This document shows, piece by piece, positions 1-13,032 of a stretch of 64,000 nt of DNA; position 1 is the stretch's first letter, and every line of letters begins with the position of its first letter. Under the pieces are notes generated by a model that ran no database searches, had not been told where the DNA came from, and saw only the letters and a program-made list of their open reading frames with translations. Both the position numbers and the translations under genes were made by a program. This stretch comes from Octopus vulgaris (lineage: Eukaryota), in assembly GCA_951406725.2 (NCBI GenBank), contig OX597824.1, forward strand, positions 19,840,001-19,904,000, given 5' to 3'.

Positions 1-1156
1 GGGTCAATCTAGCTGATAGGAATAGGTTGTTTTTTTTTGTGTGTGTGGTGGAGAGTTACACTTAATGAGTAGAGGTGTCTTATCCAGGATGAGGTTCATC
101 TCGTCTTACCCACTTCTAGAATAAAACAGCAATGCCTCGAAGAAACGGGTTGAATGACCTTCATATTTCTCATCAAGGTCATTAGCAGTGTAAACGAAAG
201 GAATTAGCTTTAAGTGGGAAGGAACATTAGTTAGGCTTCATTTCTAATTAACGAGAAATATTTGTAATTAGATTTTTTTCTTTTTTTTTTTTTAATGGCT
301 TAAGTGGAAACGAGAAAGTTTGTCTTGGACCTAAAACATATTGGTAACCTAAGAAGTGTTAGCAGCCAGCGTCTACATATATTTTATACGACTTGGTTAC
401 ATACTTATATATATACAGTTACCCTGCTTTTTACATTCCGTCTGTATGTCTGTAGAAATGTCCCCCCACTCTGGCATCTTACCGAGTTCCATCACACATG
501 GGCTTTAGCTTCTTGTTTTCGTGTGGATATCAACCGAGGAATGTAATTTTGTCTACTGCAAGCTCTGGTATCAAGTGACCAAACATATCTATATAAGGGT
601 TTAGTTCAGGTCTGTGACTTCTGACTGATTCCACCCGTTCCTCATACCTTTCGCTCTGTTCCACTCCACTCCACCCCCGTGCCTCCTAGCACCCACCCAC
701 CCGTCCTCCTCGCGCACCCCTGGCCCCACCCTCACTCATGCCTCTCTCTCTCTCTCTCCCCTACCCACCCCCCTAACTATGCTTGCTCTTGTCTACTACA
801 CCCCACATCCCTGCCTTGATCTGCTCTGCCCGCAATATACAGAAATACCCTGCCAGTATGTATGTATGTATGTATGTGTGTGTGTATGTATGCCTTTCAT
901 AATTTCTAACACCTATGAGAAAAGAAGCATGCATACATACGCACGCGCATACATAAAGATATGTGTATGTGTATATATGTGTATATATATATATATATAT
1001 GTATGTATATTATATATATATATATATAAAAGCTAAATAAATAAAATGATGTAAAGAAACAAACAGTATTACTGGCACAGTTCCAAAACATCCTGTAACC
1101 TCCATCCTCTCTCTCTCCTTTTCTTTTTCTATTTTGCTTATTATTATTACTACTAC

Positions 1157-1199
<43 letters not shown>

Positions 1200-1364
1200 T
1201 TAGCAGTAGTCCATTTATAATGATCATTGCATACTACCTCCTTGCTGTCATTTTACTATTTTTATTTCGCTTGTCGTTTCAAGTAGCCAACCATTCCGCT
1301 GTATGCACACGCCTGTGTGTACATATGTATATATATATATATGTGTGTGTGTGTACGTGTACAC

Positions 1365-1398
<34 letters not shown>

Positions 1399-1859
1399 GG
1401 TATTTTATCTTTTTTTATCTATTCATTAGCTGTTGTTAATATGAATCTTGACTTTTCATCAAGCATTTTCACACAGCCACTCAACATACATAGGTTTGCT
1501 CCCTGTGGCACTCAGGGTCTTGTTAGGGTGCTGTGCGGGTATGAATGTCGGTTGGAAAGTATTTTTAGACGACAAGTTATCGCCAGTTACTAAAATATTA
1601 TTAGCATTCTACCATCACCGCCACCACCGCTATCATCATCATCATCATCATCATCTCTACCTTCGCTCCATCCTTGGCATGTATATGATATTTGAAAAAG
1701 AATACTAGAGTTCAATCCTGGTTCTAGTGAAGTCTTTTATATTCTTCCTTTTATTTCTTAATTATCTAATTAAATTTCCATTGATTAATTCTTAACCCTT
1801 CAGTATTCAGATTACTTTGTCAAATGTAATCCATATTTATTCACATTGTTTTGAATTAA

Positions 1860-2307
1860 CCCTTTCGTTACAAACCCGGCTGAAACCGGCTCTGGCTCTT
1901 TAGTACAAATGTCTGGTTTTCATAAGTTCTGAATTAACCCTTTAGTGTTCACATTATTCTGCCAAAATTAATCCTTTTTTATCCACATTGTTTTGAACTA
2001 ATCATGCATTATCTTGTGGCTTTGAGATTTTGATGAGGTAGCTGTTAATTTTTAAAACAATATTGTAGGTGTTGGTGTGAGAGACCAGATCTGGCCAGTT
2101 TGAACATAAAACAGGCAGAATACTTTTGGCCGGATTTGGCCGGTTTAAATGCTAAAGGGTTAAAATCTTCCACCAAACCTTAGTCACAATTTATGTTCCT
2201 AACAATAGCTTAATGATAACTAAGTTATTTTAATAAATTCTTTGTTATATTTAAAATCAATTAAAAGAAACACAGAACATTTCAAAATAAATACAGTAAC
2301 AAAAGGG
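1860..2307. mobile_element. TTAA-flanked MITE, family B, inserted in family A copy
   Basis: TTAA at 1856-1859 and 2308-2311; TIR ccctttcgttac / gtaacaaaaggg; removing 1938-2163 restores a sequence matching the uninterrupted copies at 56274-56494 and 56647-56868. Confidence 0.85.
1938..2159. mobile_element. TTAA-flanked MITE, family A, innermost copy
   Basis: TTAA at 1934-1937 and 2160-2163; TIR ccctttag / ctaaaggg. Confidence 0.85.
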
Positions 2308-2494
2308 TTAATCATGTATGATCTCAAAGCTTCACAATTTTGATAATGTAAATGTTTTAGTCTCAGAATGGCATTGTAGGGTAAATGTGAGAGGCTGCAT
2401 CTGGTCAGTCTGAACAAAAAAGAGGTAGAATATTTGGGCCAGATATGTCCGGTTTGAATGCTAAGGGGTTAATGAAGTAACTTGTAGTCTTGGA

Positions 2495-2670
2495 CAGTGC
2501 CCCACAATGTTTTTTTCACTTCCAGTACTCTTATATTTTTTCCAAAATTCAGCAGAACACCTGAGCTGAAATTATAGGGGAAAGAAATTATACTCAGGTT
2601 ACACTGCGGCACACCTAGCATCATCCTGCAGCACACTAGTGTGCCATGGAATACCAGTTGTGGAGCACTG
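2495..2670. mobile_element. hAT-type MITE
   Basis: 13-bp TIR cagtgccccacaa / ttgtggagcactg (1 mismatch); 8-bp TSD gtcttgga / ctcttgga. Confidence 0.75.
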
Positions 2671-2816
2671 CTCTTGGAGTTATTGTTCAAAATATTTTTC
2701 GAGAGATAAAGAATGAGTGAGTGATAGCATAGCAAAGTTATCTATGATGTATCTCTCTCTCCTCTCACTCTCACTCGTTCAGTATTTTCCTTGCTAGAAA
2801 ATGAAGCATTAACATA

Positions 2817-3194
2817 TACTCTTTACTCTTTTACTTGTTTCAGTCATTTGACTGCAGCCATGCTGGAGCACCGCCTTTAGTCGAGCAAATCGACCCCGGG
2901 ACTTATTCTTTGTAAGCCCAGCACTTATTCTATCGATCCCTTTTGCCGAACCGCTAAGTGATGGGGACGTAAACACACCAGCATCGGTTGTCAAACAATG
3001 CTAGAGGGACAAACACAAACATATACATATATACGACAGGCTTCTTTCAGTTTCCATCTACCAAATCCACTCACAAGGCTTTGGTCAGCCCGAGGCTATA
3101 GCAGAAGACATTTGCCCAAGATGCCACGCAGTGGGACTGAACCCGGGAACCATGTGGTTGGTTAGCAAGCTACTTACCACACAGCCACTCCTGC
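2817..3194 (-). mobile_element. tRNA-derived SINE, family S1 (head ggagtggctgtgtggtaag, tail gtaaaagag)
   Basis: Pol III A/B-box-like head, body and tail shared with copies at 26150, 32035, 53846 and 60334. Confidence 0.9.
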
Positions 3195-3536
3195 TCTGAA
3201 ATAAATAATATTTATTTCTGATGAATCTGTTGTATTTTGGGACAAGTACAGTCATGCTCACTACTTAAAACCCAAGTCACTCGTTCTAATAATTTCTTTA
3301 GATAAAATTCTTGAGATAAACCCACTTTTTTTTTTTTAATCTTTTTTTCACTTTATTTCTACATAATGCGATTGGGAACTTCACCCTAAATAAGTTTCCT
3401 GCAATACATGCGCTCTCGTTTTAATTTTCTTTTTAGCCATTAGATATATCAAAGTACTTTATTCATCTACCTGTAAACGTTTTATTCTGCTGCTTGCTTG
3501 ACCAGTTTGTCTAATTTTCTAATTAATTAACGAACT

Positions 3537-3857
3537 TCCGGGTTCAGTCCCACTGCGTGGCACCTTGGGCAAAGTGTCTTCTACTATAGCCTCGGGCCGG
3601 CCAAAGCCTTGTGAGTGGATTTGGTAGACGGAAACTGAAAGAAGCCCGTCCTATATATGTATGTGTTTGTCCCTCCAACATCGCTTGACAACCGATGCTG
3701 GTGTGTTTACGTCCCTGTAACTTAGCGGTTCGGCAAAAGAGATCGATAGAATAAGTGCTGGGCTTACAAAGAATAAGTCCCGGGGTCGATTTGCTCGACT
3801 AAAGGCAGTGCTCCAGCATGGTCACAATCAAATGGCTAAAACAAGTAAAAGAGTAAA
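3537..3857 (+). mobile_element. SINE S1, 5'-truncated
   Basis: Matches other S1 copies from ttccgggttcagtcccactgcgtgg to the acaagtaaaagag tail. Confidence 0.9.
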
Positions 3858-3870
3858 TCAAAGGTTTTAA

Positions 3871-4656
3871 CCCTTTTGATACCAACCCACCCGAGACCAC
3901 ACCTAATTCTGCAATACAAACTTCCTGATTTAACCATTTAGCTTTCAGATTCTTATGTCGAATGGAATGCTTATTTATTCACCTTGTTTTGAATTAATCA
4001 TGAATTATCTCATGGCTTTGAGATTTCCATGATGTGATTGTTTATTTTTAGAGTGACATTGTGGGGTAGGTGCGAGAGGTAGGATCTGGCCTTGTTTTGA
4101 AATTAATCATGCATTATCTCATGGCTCTGAGATTTCCATGATGTGATTGTTTATTTTTAGAGTGACATTGTGGTGTAGGTGCGAGAGGTAGGATCTGGCC
4201 TTGTTTTGAAATTAATCATGCATTATCTCATGGCTCTGAGATTTCCATGATGTGATTGTTTATTTTTAGAATGACATTGTGGGGTAGGTGCGAGATGTAG
4301 GATCTGGCCTTGTTTTGAAATTAATCATGGCTCTGAGATTTCCATGATGTGATTGTTTATTTTTAGAATGACATTGTGGGGTAGGTGCGAGAGGCTGAAT
4401 TTGGCCAGTTTGAACATAGAACAAATAGAGAATATTTTGATCAGATATGGCTGGAGTTAACTTCTAAATGGTTAAACCGATGTTCACCAAAAACACCTAC
4501 CAAATTTTCATACTAATTTATCTTCCAAACACTAGGTTATCACTGACTTATTTTGACTAAATTCTTCATTATATTCAAATTAATAGAAATGAAAACAGTG
4601 GTGTTTTTTTTTTTTTTTTTTTCTTTTTTTCTCAACTGAAATATGGTAACAAAAGA
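3871..4656. mobile_element. Decayed family B TTAA MITE interrupted by a family A MITE (3934-4471)
   Basis: Starts TTAA|cccttttgatacc; inner element flanked by TTAA (3930-3933, 4472-4475) with TIR ccatttag / ctaaatgg; B-type sequence resumes and ends gaaatatggtaacaaaag. Confidence 0.7.
3982..4394. repeat. Minisatellite, ~108-109-bp unit, about 4 copies, derived from MITE interior
   Basis: Units begin ccttgttttgaa at 3982, 4090, 4199 and 4308. Confidence 0.9.
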
Positions 4657-5903
4657 ATTCTGGCTTGATTTGCAGAATGGAACAAACACAATAAAGCCTC
4701 TCTCTCTCTTTCTCCTTTTTTATTTCGTGTAGTTCAAGAGTTTTCTTATGGTAAAGGTTTGGTTCTCTGTGCTGTTAGGTTGCATCTGTATAATTTGCCG
4801 TTCGAATTATTACGTAACATTTGTCTTTGCATCTGTTGTTGTTGTTGCTGCTGCAATTGTTGTTGTAGTATCCTGAACATCATTCAAGCTGTGAGAGAAG
4901 TTGTTCCAATGATAAATCACCGAATGTTTCTGACGGTGGCCCAAGTTCAAGAATATTAGCTTTTCTAGTTAAATCTTTGTCATTGTCGCTAAACCCCAGG
5001 TCAACCATGGCCAGCCATGCCCATCCCATCTATTTTCCCAGAACACATCTTTTATTTCATTTATTTATTTATTTATTTATTTTTTTTTTACTTCAAGAGG
5101 GTAGAATGTAATTTTGCCTGTGATCTGTCTGCTATTTCCAGCATGTTGAGCAATCACCAACAAGGCGCTCTCATTGGCTCAAGTTAAATGTATGTTGAAT
5201 ATAACCTTGTAATTGTGTGGTTATTGACGTATAAATGTCTGCTGCAATAATTCCATATTATTTTTTTTTTTTTTTTTGGGGGGGCTTTCATTTTTGTTTT
5301 CTCTTTTGCTGTTGTTGTTCCCCTCCCCCTCCTCCTTCCCTCGCTGTTTCCCCCTCCCCCTACCATCTTCCCTACCTCATCCGCATCTGTTTTGGTGGTC
5401 AGTTGTGTGACGAACTTAACCTATATGGGAACTGGCTTTGAAGCTGTCCTAACCCAACACAAATAACACTTAATTATTGTTATTCATTTATTTATTTATT
5501 TCTCTTGGCTGGCTATTGCGTCAGCCTGTGCTTCCGTCTGGGCGAGTGAAGAATCTAACAGACCCGGGTCGGGCGGGTCGGGTGAGCAACGGCGATGGCG
5601 ATGGCGGCGGCAGTGGAAGTGGTGATGGCAGAGGAAGGCTTTGGGATTGGGACCGTTAGTAGGGCATAACAAAACAGCAATTAACTCAATGCAAAATGAT
5701 GGCAATGTTGTTCTTCACAGTGGAGGAGGCAGTGTTTTTAATATCTTCCATTGACACAACACTTAACAACGAACTAAGACAGAATAAAATCTTCATCAAC
5801 CATGATTAAGTGAATATTTTACAGCATAAACCTGTCAGCTGCCATCATCATCACCACCACCACCACCACTACCACCTCAACCACATCTTCATTTCCATCC
5901 TCC

Positions 5904-5936
<33 letters not shown>

Positions 5937-6878
5937 TTCCTATTGCCAAACTTACAATGGTTTCTCCCGTGCTGGCTGGTGTTCAGTTTTGAGAGACAGG
6001 GGTCCGTATCAAACAGCAACATCCTCCAGCCGTGCCCAGCCGTGCCCCTTTACCCTGTCTGAGGTAAGAAAACTGATGACATAATCATATTGTTCGGTAA
6101 CAGGAGGAGGGTTATTGGGAGAAATTAAGGAATATGAGGATTTCAGGGTAACGTGGGTTGGCGACTGGTTGAAACAAATAATAATAATAATAATAATGAT
6201 GATGATGATGATGGTAATAATTGTGTATGTAATAATAATTTCTAGTTTAGATACGAGACAAGCAATTTGGAAGGAGGAGTAAACAGATTATGTCAACCCA
6301 TGTTTGACCAACACTACTTTATTATGAAGCCTCTCCCTGCTAAAAGGATGAAAGGGCAAAGTTGGTTTGGATGAGGTTTGAACTCTGGATGTAAAGGGCT
6401 GCAACAAATAAATACTACAAAGCATTTTCTCTGATGCTCTAACAATTCAGCCAACGCACTACCACACACACACACACACACTCACACACACACATCTCTG
6501 TTCTTTCTCACAAGGTCACACGTATACTCAAATATGATTACATAACAATGTGGAGATGTGAATCTTAATGTTTTGTACAGTCTTTTTCAGATCCTTTGGG
6601 TTTCGGTTCAATCCTATATTGAATCTTGTTTTATCTGTCTGTAGTTAGTCTTAAAGCCAGTAGTTATTCCATTGTTTTCGGTCCATTTTTTTTTGTGACC
6701 AGGCCTCAATAATCACAAAGAATCAGCCGGAAATTGTTGCATGGCAAAGCTGTCCATTTCCATTTCAAAATCCTGCTTCAGGCACCACATTGATGTTTGA
6801 TTGACCAATGTCCTTCTGCTATAAACACACACAATACTGATGCAGTTCCAACTATGAAATTTAATTTGCAAAACATTT

Positions 6879-7317
6879 TATTTCTTTATTGCCCACAAGG
6901 GGCTAAACATAGAGAGGACAAACGGATTAAGTCGATTACATCGACTCCAGTGCGTTAACTGGTACTTAATTTATCGACCCCGAAAGGATGAAAGGCAAAG
7001 TCGACCTCGACGGAATTTGAACTCAGAACATAACGGTAGGCGAAACAGCGCTAAGCATTTCGCCCGGTGTGCTAACATTCCTTATTTCTTTATTGCCCAC
7101 AAGGGGCTAAACATAGAGGGGACAAACAAGGACAGACAAACGGATTAAGTCGATTACATCGACCCCAGTGCGTAACTGGTTTTTAATTTATCGACCCCGA
7201 AAGGATGAAAGGCAAAGTCGACCTCGGCGGAATCTGAACTCAGAACGTAACGGCAGGCGAAACACTGCTAAGCATTTCACCCGGCGTGCTAACGATTCTG
7301 CCAGCTTGCCGCCTTTC
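6879..7317 (-). mobile_element. Dimeric SINE, family S2 (head ggcggcgagctggcagaa; core gcctttcatcctttcggggtcgataaa)
   Basis: Two tandem units enclosed by one perfect 15-bp TSD atttgcaaaacattt (6864-6878, 7318-7332). Confidence 0.9.
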
Positions 7318-7789
7318 ATTTGCAAAACATTTGTTAGCCCCTGGTCTTATAGAAGACACTTGACCAAAATGTTACGCTGTAGGATCAAATCCTCACCAAT
7401 GAGCTGGGCCAATGGATTTTTTTTTTTTTTTTTTTAGATATAAAATAATGAAAGGGTGGTTATTTGAAGAATATTAAAATGGTAGTGTGTATGACTTTAC
7501 AGAAGCATGTAATGTGAAACCTAATGTAAGTGTGTGTGGTTCCATGTTATTGCATGGATGTAAGATTGTAGCTTAATTAAACAACTAAATGTGTAAAAAC
7601 TAGTTATTTTTACGCCATAATCGCCTATTTAACACATTAGTAAAAACCTTGTTAATATTTCTGCCGCTCCTAGCAGGGTTTTTGTTTTTTCTTTCCTTCT
7701 TTGCTAAATAAACTATAAATTCTCTCATTCACACATTTTTATGCCTCACTTTCATAAAACAGAGAACAAACTTCACTCATCTTGTTGTT

Positions 7790-7974
7790 AATTCCTTTAG
7801 CATTCTCGTTAACTCTTACTTCGTCAAACGTAATAACTCTTACTTATTCACGTTGTTTGGAATTAATCATGGTTTATCTTGTAGCTTTGGTATTTCGATG
7901 ATGTGATTCTTTAACTTTGGAAACGGCATTGTTGAAGGGTGATAGGCCAGCCTGGTTGAATGCTACAGGGTTAA
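7790..7974. mobile_element. Decayed family A TTAA MITE
   Basis: cctttagcatt start, gctacaggg|ttaa end, interior similar to 1938-2159. Confidence 0.6.
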
Positions 7975-8154
7975 CGCTACTTCCAGTCAACCAAAGGCTT
8001 TCCAGCCGTGACCACTCTAACTTTTTCTTTTCTGTCTCATGGATGGTATATCTTGGAACGACTTTTGCTAAATTTATTTCAAGGCTGAGGGCAGTCAGGG
8101 ACAAACTGCAACCCATGGGACTTTCTGAATGATGCCTAAAAAACAAAATTAACC

Positions 8155-8520
8155 TATTTCTTTACTACCCACAAGGGGTTAAACACAGAGGGGACAAACA
8201 AGGACAGACAAATGGATTAAGTCGATTACATCGACCCCAGTGCGTAACTGGTTCTTAATTTATCGACCCCGAAAGGATGAAAGGCAAAGTCGGCCTTGGC
8301 GGAATTTGAACTCAGAACGTAGCGGCAGATGAAATACTGCTAAGCAATTTGCCTGGCGTGCTAACGATTCTGCCAGCTTGCCGCCTTTAATATATTATTT
8401 CTTTACTACCCACAAGGGGCTAAACACAAAAAGGTAAAATAAGGACTGACAAACGGATTAAGTCAATTACATCGACCCCAGTACATAACTGGTACTTATT
8501 TAATCAACCCCGAAAGGATA
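8155..8520 (-). mobile_element. SINE S2, full copy plus adjacent 3' fragment
   Basis: Similarity to other S2 copies. Confidence 0.88.
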
Positions 8521-9127
8521 AAAAAAATTACCTTGAATTTATTTTTCAGCAGTATGGCCTACCTGATGATAAGCCTTGTCTAATGTAGCCCACTTTCTCA
8601 AAAGAAGTTGAGAAGTTGCCCATGGCTGTGTTAGGGTGTTTGAGGGAGATTTGGCTGGTATTTCTAAAACACAAATGCTCATGAGTGGCTCAAAGGCATT
8701 CCAGTTGCAACCATTCCAATTTTTTGCCCACCATTTATTGCTTATTGCAGAGTACCAATGTGTTAGTTTCTGGGGGAATTTTTTCGGTTTTTTTTTTTTT
8801 AAAGATATCAGGTTGTGATCTGAGGGAGACTGGTATTTCTGTCACACAATAGCTCACACATTGGTTATATTGTTGTGTATGGTTTAACCCATTGTCCATG
8901 AAATGTAAGACTGGACATTCATCAGATGAACTATGTAAAATATGTAGAGATGATAACAATTGAACAGACTGAGGGGTAAATAAATAAAAGTTAGTCACAA
9001 GTTTCTCTCTTTTGTGTTTACAAACCTGCCTCTCATATATTCACACACATCCACACTAACATATCTATATATATACACATACATCTGTATATGTATGTAT
9101 GCATCCACACATAGATTTGTATATGTA

Positions 9128-9420
9128 TACTCTTTACTCTTTTACTTGTTTCAGTCATTTGACTGCGGCCATGCTGGAGTACTGCCTTTAGTCGAACAAA
9201 TCGAACCCAGGACTTATCCTTTGTAGGCCTAGTAACACACATATATATACATGTATACGACGGGCTTCTTTCAGTTTCCTTCTACCAAATCCGCTCACAA
9301 GGCTTTGGTCGGCCCGAGGCTATATAGTAGAAGACACTTACCCAAGGTGCCACGCAGTGGGACTGAACCCGGAACCATGTGGTTGGTAAGCAAGCTACTT
9401 CCCACACAGCCACTCCTGCA
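9128..9420 (-). mobile_element. SINE S1 with internal deletion
   Basis: Head and tail match S1; an older S1-like fragment follows at about 9475-9630. Confidence 0.85.
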
Positions 9421-9765
9421 CTTATGTATGTAAACGTCCACACCAACACTTTATTATAAATGTTCTTTTAGACTTTTACTTGCTTCAGTCATTGGACTGT
9501 GGCCATGCTGGGGCATGATGTTGAAGAGCTTTACAACAAATCAACCTCAGTGCTTTAACTGTAAGCCCTTATTCTATCAGCTTCTTTTTGCCAAAGTTCC
9601 AAGTTACAAGGATGTAAACAAACTAACATCATACCCATCCTACTGCTTAACGACAAACAAACACACACACACACTATCATCATCATCATTTAATGTCCCT
9701 TTTTCCATTCTAGTATTAGTTTTATGACTGGCTTCCACAGTTTTCGTCTCCCTAATTCTCACACT

Positions 9766-9947
9766 AGGCGCTGGTTACAAAGGTTACCTGGTTGCAAAGG
9801 GACTTTGTTAACCATGTACACATGCCTGTGCCCGTAACAAGCTTATATTTCACTGACAAGGCGCTGGTTACAAAGGTTACCTGGTTACAAAGGGACCTTC
9901 TTAACCATGTACACATGCCTGTGCCCATAACAAGCTTATATTTCACT
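9766..9947. repeat. Tandem duplication, 93-bp unit x2
   Basis: aggcgctggttacaaaggttacctgg... begins at 9766 and 9859. Confidence 0.9.
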
Positions 9948-10176
9948 AAAGGCGGCGAGCTGGTAGAAACGTTAGCACGCCGGGCGAAATTCATAGCCGT
10001 ATTTCGTCTGTCGTTGCGTTCCGAGTTCAAATTCCGCCGAGGCCGACTTTGCCTTTCATCCTTTCGGGGTCGATAAATCAAGTACCAGTTATGCACTGGG
10101 GGTCGATGTAATCGACTTAATCCCTTTGTCTGTCTGTCTCTTCTGTGTTTAGCCCCTTGTGGGTAGTAAAGAAATA
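9948..10176 (+). mobile_element. SINE S2 with TSD
   Basis: Full-length copy; 11-bp TSD tatatttcact at 9937-9947 and 10177-10187. Confidence 0.9.
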
Positions 10177-10626
10177 TATATTTCACTGACAACCTAACCG
10201 CCAATAAATATAATATAATATAATTTTCTCATAAACCCCTTATAACATTATTTTTCCATAGACTCCCATATAATATCAAACTCCCCAAAGTTTTCTCACT
10301 GATAACACAACACATACACACACACACACACACACACAATTTACCATACAGTGTTGAATAGCTTCTTACTTTGCAGTGTTGTGTTTATGGGCCCCAATTA
10401 AGAAATATGTTGTTTTCTCAGATTGGCTACTGTATGGCATGGGAGAAAGACATTAGATAGCCAGCCAGCCAGCCATTACTGTTTGTCTTGTCTATCTTAT
10501 GGTCAGTCTGGACAACCTCATAAGCTGTGATGGGTGGTGGAGAGGGATCTTCTCTCAGTGACATTTGACCTCACCCAAATTTATTAGCTGAATAAATTTT
10601 TACCAAAAACAGACCACCACCACCAC

Positions 10627-10650
10627 CTGTTTTCTAAGAATTTGGGGAGT

Positions 10651-10697
<47 letters not shown>

Positions 10698-10842
10698 TTA
10701 TTCCTTAGCCTTCTTTTATTTCTCTCTGTCCACCTCTGCCTCCCCTTTTCTCTCTCTCTCTCTCTCTTTCATTGCTCTTCCTCTCTCTTCCTATTTCTCT
10801 CTGTTTTCTAAGAGTTTGGGGAGTCTTTTATATATATATGTA

Positions 10843-10876
<34 letters not shown>

Positions 10877-10929
10877 CACACTTTTATTCCTTAGCTTTCT
10901 TTTATTTCTCTCTGTCCACATCTACCTCC

Positions 10930-10968
<39 letters not shown>

Positions 10969-10990
10969 ATTGCTCTTCCTCTCTCTCTCT
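10627..10990. repeat. Tandem duplication (~175-190 bp x2) containing (TA)n and (CT)n
   Basis: ctgttttctaagartttggggagtctt at 10627 and 10801, with matching downstream blocks. Confidence 0.85.
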
Positions 10991-11177
10991 CCTCTCTTCC
11001 TCTTTCTCTATCACACAGTTCCTTTTTTCCTGAGTTGTATCATCATCATCATCATCATTATTATCATCACCATTATCACTGGCACTACCAGTGTCAGTTT
11101 CAAGTTCTTTGATTCCTTCGACCCTCCACCCCACCCCACAAAAAAGTTGATTCAGTTGTTGTTGCAGTGACACTCCA

Positions 11178-11224
<47 letters not shown>

Positions 11225-11898
11225 CACACATCTATCCCCATTCCCCCCCCGGCACCCACCTACCCTCTCACACACACACACACACACAATTTGTCCAGAA
11301 GAGATGGGATGATTAGTTGGGGTTTTTTTTGTTTTTGTTTTGTCTTGTTTTTGTTTTTGTTTTTCCCTAGTTGTTGTTGATGGTGATGATGATGTATTAC
11401 ATTGTTGATATTTAACCAACTTTCCAGGCAGCCTGTCTGTCTGTCTGTCTGTCTGTCTTGTGAGTGCAGAACAATTACAGCAGATGTGTGTGTGTGTGTG
11501 TGTGTGTGTGTAACCTTCTGCCAGTTGGTCAAAGGTAGTTTTCACTAAACTACTCTAACTGCTATCATCTAACCAACCCCCCACCACACACACACACACA
11601 CACACACTCCCCCTCCCCCTCTTCATATTGTACTCTCTCTTTTTTTTTTGTCTACTTGCCTCTCCTCTTACTACAACCATTTCCACTGGCCACTACTTCA
11701 ATACATCTGTTCTTTATCATGGCTCCTGCTGCTGCTGTTGTCACTAAAATACCTTTCCCCTCTCTCTCTCCCTCCCTCCCTCTCTCTCTCTCTCACTCAC
11801 TCAGATGTCAGAACAATATCTGTCACCTCCTCCCCCATCTCTCTCTTTCTCTCATCTTTGTCCATGCTTTCACTCTCTCTCTCTCCCTCTCTCTCTTT

Positions 11899-11946
<48 letters not shown>

Positions 11947-12708
11947 CTTCTTGACATCCCAGTACCAAAATACCATTTCTCTGTTACAATTAGGTTGAAC
12001 AGCTTATATTCCATGATTTATAATACTTTCCACCAGAGTTACATTTTTGTTCCATTAATTTAGCCAAATTACCATTATTTCACACACACACACAGCTCAG
12101 TGTTTACACTAACATTTATTTTTGCTGGACCGAAAATTTTTGGAAGCCTTTAACCTTCTCCACAATTCTTCCATACAATAGCTCTGTCCAGTTTACTAAC
12201 CCTCACAATTGAACTTTGGTACATTTTTCTTTCATACTACTACTACCACTGCTGCTGCTGCTGCTGCTAGGCCCCTGCACTTGAGACTGATCGTAGACAC
12301 TTGATGCACACATCACTCATCTTTCTCCCTCCTCATCACTGGGGGTTCATGGACCCCCTTCATAAACCTTTCGTGAATCCTTACCCATCCTCTCCCCGCT
12401 CAACCACCACCACCACTACATCTCGCTTTTATATCTTCCACTAGTAAATTTTCCACTGTTGGTATTTGTCTGTCCGTGCCCCCACCCCCCAGGGGTTGTA
12501 GGGGTTACTATCCTGCAGTTTATAAATCCATACTGAATAAGTAACTAGATAAAGTCGTTAAAACTGATATAAAGCTCACCCATGGTCTGTGTGGATGTAA
12601 ATCTTATTGTGAATCTAAACCACTGTTTCTTGACCATTTTTTGTCTACGGAACCCCCTCTTGAATCCTGTTTTACTCTACTGGAACTCCCTAACCATTTG
12701 ATCTCAAG

Positions 12709-13032
12709 CATCGGTGACGCCAGTGCTGCTTGACTGGCATCCATGCTGGTGTCGTGTAAAAAAGCACCATTCGAGTGTGACCGATGCCAGTGCCACATGA
12801 CTGGCACCCAAGCTGGTAGCACGTAAAAAGCACCGTTCAAGAATGGCCGATACCAGTGTATGTAAAAGCACCCACTACACTCATGTGGGTTGGCATTAGA
12901 AAGGGCATCCAGCTGTAGAAACCTTGCCAAATCAGATTGGAACCTGATGTTGCCTCCTGGCTTGCCAATTCTCAGTCAACAGACCAACCCATGCTAGCAT
13001 GGAAAGCAGACCTTAAATGATGATGATAATGA
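12709..13032 (+). mobile_element. SINE family S3 3' part (ggcgttaggaagggcatccagc core, (GAT)n tail)
   Basis: Core resembles the MetaSINE central domain; tail aacccatgctagcatggaaagc...gatgatgat shared with several copies in the window. Confidence 0.8.

Larger units (their letters stand above)
1796..2468. mobile_element. TTAA-flanked (piggyBac-type) MITE, family A, outer element of a nested stack
   Basis: TTAA at 1792-1795 and 2469-2472; ends ccctt...aagggg; the interior resumes (tcatg...) after the inserted family B copy and matches the intact copy at 1938-2159. Confidence 0.8.

Noticed and set aside
3982-4394. Regularly spaced repeats (CRISPR-like?)
   Set aside because: Whole units repeat with no unique spacers; eukaryotic MITE-derived minisatellite
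5994-6060. 8-bp terminal inverted repeat agacaggg/ccctgtct (miRNA or snoRNA?)
   Set aside because: Interior does not pair and no C box is positioned correctly; no conserved miRNA mature sequence was recognised anywhere in the window by eye
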